Shown piece after piece: positions 1 to 9,000 of a stretch of 28,089 nt of DNA. Source of the stretch: a virus. Taxonomy: Duplodnaviria; Caudoviricetes. How positions within the stretch are numbered: the first letter of the stretch is position 1; every line of letters begins with the position of its first letter. The stretch is taken from positions 1 through 28,089 of the IMG/VR virus record IMGVR_UViG_3300020461_000816; one strand, written 5' to 3'. Both the position numbers and the translations under genes were made by a program. The notes under the pieces are model-generated. The model searched no databases. It saw only the letters and a program-made list of their open reading frames with translations, and was not told the DNA's origin.

Positions 1-2
1 AA

Positions 3-3000
3 AAATCTTTAGGCGGAGGAGAAGACGAAGGAAGTAGTTTTGCTAAGGGACTGGTCAGGGGCATAGGAAATGTATTGACCGGCCCGGGCATGATTGCCTT
101 TACAGTTATATTCACAAAGCTTTTGGCTAATGTTTTTAAGTTCGCAGGATCATCACTTAAAGATGTTATGGGGATAGTTTCCGAAAAGGAAAAAGTTAGA
201 AAAATCGAAGAATCTATCGTTAAAATATTAGGGGAGAATAAAGATCTTACTCAAGCTCTTAATAATCTTTCTGATGACCGAGTGGCTCAAGAGAAGTTTG
301 TCCTTGGCATGATTGAAAGACAAACAAATGCTTTATTAGAGCAGAAAAAACTAGCCGAAAGACTCGCTAGACCGCTTGTAAGGCAAGGAGTTAATGAAGA
401 TTTGTCTTTTACTAGTGATAGCTTAGTTGATCTTGATGGAGATGGAATCCCAGATACTTTTAACGCTTCTGGGGGAGTAGTTCCTCGAGAAAGAAAAAAG
501 GAAAGAGCTGGAGCAAGAAGAGGAGGATATACTCCTGGCGCCGTTGCGGATATGAATGTTCCTGGTATTGGAAGGGTCGTATACAATAAAGCGGAAACCA
601 TTAAGCAGTTTCCTGGAATGGCGCAACCTGCTATTATGCCCCCACAGAATAGTCCTGCTGGACAGCATTATAAAAATGCGTTTAGTGACAAGCATGGATT
701 TAATCCTTATGCTGGAAGTGGTTTTGTTCCTAATTTTGCAAGATGGGGAAAAGCTGACTACCCTGGCAGAAACACTAAAAAATATAGTGAAGCAAAAGGC
801 AATTGGTACATGGATAATCCTGCCTCAGGAAACATTAGCGTAAGGGGGACACCATTTAATGATTTACCAAATTACGTAATTAACCAAATCAAGAAAACTG
901 GCGGTGCGATTGGAGGCGGAAACATAGTTTTTGAAACCCCTGTTTCAAATTTAAATAAATCTACTTTTTTTGGAATAGGTGACCACTTATCTGCACTGGG
1001 GATAAGTACCATACGGACGGAATTACCTTTTGATTTCATAAATTATGCTGATGAGTATTTAGGAAAGAGCGGTCAACTGAAGAGTTCATATCGGACTAGA
1101 CTAAGTAAAGGCTCAAGCGCAAGTAAGGGAAAAATGGGTGAAGAGCTGTTTATGACCTCGGAAGAGGGTGGGGGCTATAAGTCAACAGCTGCTCATGACC
1201 AAGGAGTTGTAGACGCCGTACAAGAGGGTAAGATTCCTATTGAGGTTAAAGCAGGATCTATATCTTTGCAAAACTTAGCAGAAAAAAGCATAAGAAGATA
1301 TTCAAACCAGGCATTTAGAGACAACATTAGACAGCTTGCAAATGCACATATAGGTTCGACCTCAAGAAACAACCTTATACCAGGACTAGAAACAAATGGA
1401 GAAATTGCAGAATCATTACTTAATGCAGTTGATCAATTTGAGGAGCAAACAATAGTAAACAATTTATCATTACTTGCTAAAATGGGAGAGTACAGCTTCA
1501 CTGGAATGTCCAATGAAGAAACCAAATCTCTTCTTATTAATGATCCAAAACGTAAGATATTAAAACATGGAATAGGTGACAGAGAACTTCAAACACTTAA
1601 AAAATTTGGATTGAGTGGTGGATTTGTTCCTAATTTTATAGGTTTGACCCCGGCAGTGAAAAGCATAGCTGCAGAATTTAACCCAAAGAATGTTTCGAAT
1701 AAAACGCATCTCAGTTATATAGCCTTAGCTAAAAATGTAAGACTATCAGCAATGGGAGGTGGTACTAAATCACTCTCAACAATCGCCGCTGAGATGGGCA
1801 TATCAGAGTCAACGATTTCTAACTCCAAGAAACCGTCCACTACGTCAGGAAAAGCAGCTAAAGAAGCGCTTGGAAAAGGCTATAGTGCTTATGTAAGCGA
1901 TTTAAATGAAATTAAGTCGAATAAAAAATACCATATTCAAAGAGGACTTGATTTTGAGAATCACTTACTAGAGATATTTGGAATGACCAGGGCGACTGAT
2001 AAAACCGCCCCAATGGATTATATTAACAACGAGTTTGAGGGAAAAGATAAAGACCTCAAAAAGAGAATTGAAATGATGGAGTCCACTGGTCATGGCGATG
2101 CATATGCTGGCCCAGCAGGGCATGCAGTTGATCATTTCATAGCCAAAGCAGTCCGTCAACAAGACCCCGATATAAAAACTTTTTTAACAGGTCGTAAAAG
2201 ATCTAAAAGAATCTTAAATACAAAAAATTATAGAGATATTATAGGTACAACTGGAGGTAAAACAGATGATGTAATCAAAGGAGTAGCTTCAATATCCGAT
2301 ATTGCAGAGCATTCAAAAAACTGGTTTCGAAGAAAAATTGTAGGTGCAGGTTATCCACTTAAAAAAACTGACAAGGTCGTGGATTTTATAAAAGCAAATC
2401 CAAAACTAGATAATAAAGAAATAACATATAAGTATACAAAAGATTTTGTTGACATAAACGAAGTAGTAAATCAGATAAGCAAGCTAGATCCAGGTAATAC
2501 TAAATCTCAAGGCCTAATTCCTAATTTTGCATCAACAACTTTATATAGAGGGACTAGCCCTAGATATGACAAGATTATGGATGATATCCCTAATCCTCCT
2601 CAATTCTTGTTTGACAAAATAATGGCGGCTAATACAAAATCTGAATTTATAGAAGCCGTTAAACACCTAGGAATATCTCACTCTATGGGGGCATACAGCG
2701 GAAGCTATAATGAGAGAGCAAGGACTGCTACTTTAGAGGAGCTGAGGGGTTATGAAAAACTACCGGAAAATGAAATTCTTCACGGAGGATATGTATACCC
2801 CAGGCCTATAAAGGGAGGATGGGGCAAGCAAGAAGGGGTTGACATTACTCCTAAGCACCAGCCTTCTGGATTTGTTAGCAGAACTGTAGACAAAGATGTA
2901 GCTATGAGTTTTGCAAAAGCCTTGACTCCTGGATATGAATATGACCCAAATGAAATGGGCAGAGTTGAAGAAAGATCTGTTTCGAATACAAGAATATTCG

Positions 3001-6000
3001 ACCAGGAAAAACTTGAAAAATATGTAGATAGATTTGGGTTAGAAAATGTAAAAAGAAGTTTTAAAGAAGGAATGCGCAAAGGAACCCTAAAAGACATTTA
3101 TTTAAATCTTCACAAATTCCGACCAAAAGTTCAAAGCACAGATCCTTTAGATATGTTTAGTCCTAATGCTGGAGAGTCAGAAAGAAGCATAGGAATGACT
3201 GATGGATCACTTACTAGTGACGAAAAAGAAATAACTCAGATTTGGTCAAAGCGCTCTCCTTATTTCGGGAGCAATCAAGGGTTGGTTCCTAATTTTTCTT
3301 ACAGGATGGCTAAAGGCATCGAATGGCAAAAGCATGCTAGTTACGGAAAAGGTTTCGACGAAGGTACTTACGGAAAAAGTTTTATTGGAGAAACAATAAA
3401 AAATCAAAAGAAATTCTTGTTAGCAAAAGGCCATCCTTTCTTTTCTAATTATATGGGTAACCAGAAAAAGAAGTTGTGGGCTTTAAAGCAAGCTACATTT
3501 TCTGGAAAAGATATCTATTGGCCTGGGGCTCATTTGGCTGACCTAGAAGCATGGGGGCATCTTCCAAATGAAGAAGCTGCAAAAAGTGCCGCCCAACGCG
3601 TAGCAGATGAACAAAAGAAAAATAACCAATACAGGGATGAGATGCTCAATGGGAAATGGGAGGATGTCTCTGATGTAATGAGGTTTGTCTCCAAAACACA
3701 AGAAGTTCGATACACAGGAGCGCTCAAAGATAAAATAGTTGATAAGCTAGGAAAAGAATATAGCCACATATCTTATAATGCTAAGCGCGTAGAAGATTAT
3801 GCCAAAGAGAATAAAATTTTCAAAGAACAGTCTAAATTTGGACTGCAAACAAAAAATCCATACCCAGACACAATTAGAGCTATTAATCAGATAGCTGATT
3901 TGCCCGCACAAAAAATAAAAGACCTAGATGTTATCAGGCCAAGGGGAATGAGCGAAATGGAGATGGAGCAGGTAAGGGCTCAATCAATAGCAAATCAGAT
4001 AAAATGGGATGTGCGAGAATCTGCCTCCGGAAAGAAAGAATATGGAATTAGGGCTAATGGAGCAGGAGCATTTCCAAAATTCATGGAATTTTTAGCCAAA
4101 AAAGGAATTCCCAAAAGATCAATAGATAATATACAAAAGAAACTTGACGCTAAGAATGCGGCAATGAATGAACACTATAACCAAGCACATAAGAACTATG
4201 GGGCTAGTGGAAGGGCTAAGCAGAGCGCTGGTCTTGCTTATGATGCGATGTCAAAAGATCAAAACCGAATTACAACGGATGGTCTTTATATTAAAAATCT
4301 TGCAAGTTTAATAAAAGAGTATAATGAAAGTTATGCCAACCAAGGTCTTGTTCCCAATTTTGCAGATATATCAAAAATAAGAGAATTAGCAATTAGAGGA
4401 AGGGGAGGCGAAAAAACCAACGCCCAAAGAATGCTCAAGAAATTCTCTATACAATCTAAGGGAATGTTTGACGATATGATAATAGACGATTTCCTAAGGA
4501 ATCCTAATATGTCGTACAAAGGGCCTTGGGGAGATACTGTAACTGATTATTTATTAAGCAAAGGGTACGATAGAGATCAAATTTTGAAAGCCGCCAAAAA
4601 ACCGGGATCTTATACTAGGGCGGCCATTGGTCTTATACCTAATTTCTCTAACCCATTAAGGGATGCAATAAGTAGAGAAAAATCCGCAGGAATACCTGAG
4701 AACAGAATAAGAGTTTCTCAAGACGACAGGCTCAGGGGTCCGAAAAATCCAATGGGGCTTGGTGTTATTAACACTAGGGATGAACCGCTAGGAATTGGGC
4801 AAGGAATTAGACGCGCAAAAGAAATGGGCATAAACCCGAAAAGCCACGGAGCATCACAAGGATTGGTTCCTAATTTTGCAGATCCTGTAAATCTTGATGA
4901 AATAAGAAAAAGTCTCGTTTCTAATTTAAAGAAAATAGAGAAATCTTTTGGTAATGTTAACATGGTCACAAGGATCTTTAAAGGCCTTGATACTGATGAT
5001 GTAGACTCGATTGAAAAAGCGATAGATAAAACAAGCGATTTAATAGGTCACCTACAAGAAGGAATTAGTAATTTAGAAACAAAGGCTCAATCTGGCCCAC
5101 TTACTCAAGCGGAAGAAAAACAACTTAGTGGCAATAAGGAACGTTTAGAGAAAATAAAAGAAACCAAGAAAAACCTTGAAGGAGCAAAAGCTGTCGCTTC
5201 AGTAAAAACAACAGATGATTTTGACAAGCATTTAGAAAAATTAATAAAAGCAATAAACGAACGCCTTAAAGACATAGAACAATCAGGAAGTGCCGACGCC
5301 GAGCAAGAACATAAAAAAATACTTGAAGAGAGGCATAACTTAGAGAGAGAGGACATCAAATTGTCTGAACAAGGCATGAAAGCCAAGGAAGGCGATATAT
5401 CCAAATTGTTCTTTATGTCTAGTATGATCCAGATGGTTAATGGACAATTTCAGGAACTAGCTACTAGCTCAAGTTCTGTCATTGCTGGATTTGGGCGGCT
5501 TGGTGAAGGAATAGGTAATGTTGTTCAAGCTCAAATTGCAGCAAAAGAAGTAAGTAGTCAGCTCAGCTCAGCTATGGGGGTTGATAGTGATCAATCATTT
5601 AGTTTAGGTGATTTAAATCCGTTTGACTCAAGCTCTCGTGACGCGAAAAATAAAGCTTTTAAAGCATCAGAGATGGAAAAAGCCAGGAAGGGCAAAGCTC
5701 CCAAGGGCATGCTGGGAGGCCTTCTGAAATCTGCTGGTGGGCTCGCAAGAGGATTTACTAGATTTGTACCAATTCTTGGTCAAGCTTATACTATATTTCA
5801 AGGAGTTAATTCTGCCCTTAAATTTCTTAGTGGGACTGCTCTTGGTGCAGCCATGGGGCTTGAAGAGGGTGAAGGACTTATGGACCTGCTTGCATCAAGG
5901 GCTAGTAAAGCAGCAAAAAATATTGAAAGACTTGGAAAAATGTCTGAGGTTGCATCTGCAGCAATGGAGTCAATAGACAAGAGTACTGAAGCTCAGAAAA

Positions 6001-9000
6001 AAGTTACCGACTTAGAAGTTCTAGGAAGCAAAAGAACATTAAAGCAGGATACCGAGTTGATGAGAGCTAGGCTTGAGTTAATGAAAGCAAAAACAAAGGA
6101 AGTTGAATCAATCGCAAACCTTACAAACAAGCAAAAAGCAGGAGCTAGTGGAGTAAAGTTTTTTACGGAAGTGCTAGAGGATGCCGCTAGTTCAGGAAAA
6201 AGTATTAGAGATGCATTAGAGGCAGCTTCTACAGAAATGTCGGCATTTACCGCCATGGCTCAAATAAGAAAAAATTTCTCTGAACAAACCAATAATCTTG
6301 GTTTATCGGATGGCCAAGAGGAATTTTCATCAATGGCTAAAATAGCCGGAGCGGGATTAGCTGAGTTTATAGTGCCATTAATCAACGAGCCAGGAAAAAG
6401 TGAAAGAGAAAATGCAGATATACTGAATAAAGTAATGCTGGAGGTTCAAAGGATTGCTAATATGAGCGCTTCTGATATAGACGACTCAATTGGTATTGAT
6501 AGTATTGATTTTAGTAAAACGGGAATTAGTCGTGAGTTTGTTGCCGAAGCTATAGCAAAGGAACTACAGCGGTTTCAAGAAGATACGACAGAAGAAGATG
6601 AATATGGCCTGGATGCCAACAAGGCCTTTAAAGCAGGCATGCAAATCCTCGCTGAACAATTAAAAGCCAGAAGTGATCTTACTGATGACCTTCTTGATAT
6701 TGCTGAAAGTACTGGAGAAAGCAAGAAAGTACACGCTAGAATTTTAAGTATGGCATTGAGCGAGTCTAAGTTCGCTGCAGAAAGACAAAAATTTCAAGCC
6801 TCTATGCTTAAGCTTGATAGGTCTATAATGAGTAATACTGTCTCATCATTAAAAGATAATGAATTAATTTCTAGAGCAGATGCTATTAGGGCCGCCAATG
6901 CAATCAAGCTTGCAGACATTCAAACAGATCTTGAGCTTAAAAGAGCAGAAGCGACAAGAGAATATTCTAATACGTTAGTTAAACTTAATGCAGAATCCTT
7001 AAAGGTAGAAAACTTAATTTCACAAGAAGATAAAGCAAGCCTGGAAGCAGCAACTAATAGATTGAAAAAGGGATTGGAGAAATCAGCTGATGCTCTTGAG
7101 GGCGGGAAAATGCTTGACAGTTTAACAGAAGGATTATCTGAAGATGCCGTATCCCGTCTGAAAAGCATGATAAGCACGGATGATATCGCAGAGGCTCAAG
7201 AAAAATTAAATAGTCTAGCTGCTAATGTTAAAGACGGTGTAGAGACACAAGAACATCTCAATAACATTTTAAGAGATATGGTTGAAAAAGGAAAGCACAA
7301 TGTTGCTTTATTAATGAAATTGGGACTTTCTATATCTGAAACCATACCAGTAAATGAAGACTCTACTATTAAGTATAGAGAAGCTATTACCAAGCTCGCG
7401 CAAAACCTTGACTCTTTAGATAAAAATAATAAAACAGAAGAAAGAAAATTAAAAATTGCCACTCAAGAAGAGCTGGTAAAAGCAAAAACTCTAGCTGGAG
7501 CAAAAGAATTAGCGCGTAGAATAGAAAAAGAAGTAGACCTGAGAAAAACAATAGAGAAAAATACTCTTGGTGAAATAGCAACTCTTAAGGTTTTGAACGA
7601 CGCGAATAAAGAAAGAGCAAAAATTGCAAAAAAATCACTTGGTTATGAGGCTTTAATTTTTGAAAGATTAAGAAGGCAGGTTCAGGATCAATTATCTTCA
7701 GAACAAGATACCTCTGCTACCCTTGATCAACAAGTAATGCTCATGAGGCTAAGAAGACCTGGTGCTGTAGTCAGAAATCCAGGAATCAGGGAAGCCGTAA
7801 ATAAACAAACCGAATTAGACGCTTTAAAAGTCAAGGCTGAGTTAACAAATTTACAAAAATCAAGGCTAGAAGCTCAAGACAGAAATTCTTTTATAGCTAT
7901 ATGGAAACAAAGAAATTTTATTGCGAACGAAACATTCTTAACCGAAAAAGCTAACCAAGAGAATGAAATACTTAATAACGATGCAAATCTGAAGCTTCTT
8001 GATAACAAAAAAAATAGGAATGATGTTGCGGCAAGAACTTTAATATTAGAAGTTCAAGGAATTGAAAAAGAATCAATGCTCCTTGATAGCAAAGTAGAAT
8101 TATTAAAAAATGCTAATTACAGGGCTTATATCTCACAGTCTCAGGTTAACTCCGAACTTAAGCAATTAAAGTACGACAAAGAACTCGAAGACGCCAAGTT
8201 TGAGTATGCCTTGCATAGTGGAAAGCTCGCTGAGACATCAGGCTTAACAGCCGAACAAGAAACTCTTGCGTTAGAGCGAGAAGCTATGTCGCTCAAATTA
8301 AAAGAAGATAAGCTTAAAAATGAAAAAGAATTAATAAGCAGGCAAACCAGGGCTCAAAATCTTCTTGACGTACAAAATAAACTTATAGAAATGAGGAATG
8401 CTCAAATTTCTGCCAGCGTCGACCAGGGGCACTTAAGTGCAATGGTTGATGCTGATATGCAAATCGAAAGAGCAGGTCAGAGAGGTGGGCTTAGGAGGTC
8501 AGCAACAAGGGGAATTATGTCAGGAAGACCTGAAGACATCCTCGCATTTACTGAGGGATTAAAGGAGTATAATGACACTGTTGGAGCAGGCACAAAAGCT
8601 ATTGATCAACTACGAATAAGAATGGCGGAAATGTCCGTATCTGCATCTAACCTCGGTTCTGATTTAGTCGACATAGGAATCGATGGTGCTAGGTCTGGCA
8701 TGGTTGAATTATTTAAATCAATAGGTAGCGGGGCAAAAAGTGCAAGCGAAGCCTGGGAAGACTTTAGTTTAGGGGTTGCTGAAAGCCTTCTTGACCGAAT
8801 CATGCAAAACAATGTCGACAAAATTATTAATGATTTAACTTACGCATTTACCGGGATCGATCCAGTTGAAGAAGCTAATAGATTTTTAGCTCAAAATAGT
8901 GATGCGGTTACTTTGAATACAGCTGCTATTGAGAAACTAATAGCAACTTATGCTGACGGAATAAGATCTGATACAGCACCTCCAGTGGGTGACAGGCAAG

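Larger units (their letters stand above)
720..4880 (+). repeat. Seven dispersed in-frame copies of peptide G[FL][VI]PNF[ASI] within the TMP
   Basis: Copies read directly: 720 GFVPNFA, 1620 GFVPNFI, 2511 GLIPNFA, 3279 GLVPNFS, 4344 GLVPNFA, 4629 GLIPNFS, 4860 GLVPNFA. A degenerate copy SGGVVP starts at 468. Spacers are 293, 290, 249, 348, 88 and 70 aa and show no evident mutual similarity. Confidence 0.97.

Noticed and set aside
75-77. TTG at 75 as the true TMP start
   Set aside because: The frame is open back to base 3 with TMP-like sequence, so the gene most likely starts upstream of the window.
720-4880. PNF repeats as a CRISPR array, intein boundaries or integron attC sites
   Set aside because: The repeats are only about 11-21 nt, in frame and synonymously variable, with spacers of 210-1044 nt. 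There are no intein Cys/Ser starts with His-Asn ends and no palindromic attC structure.
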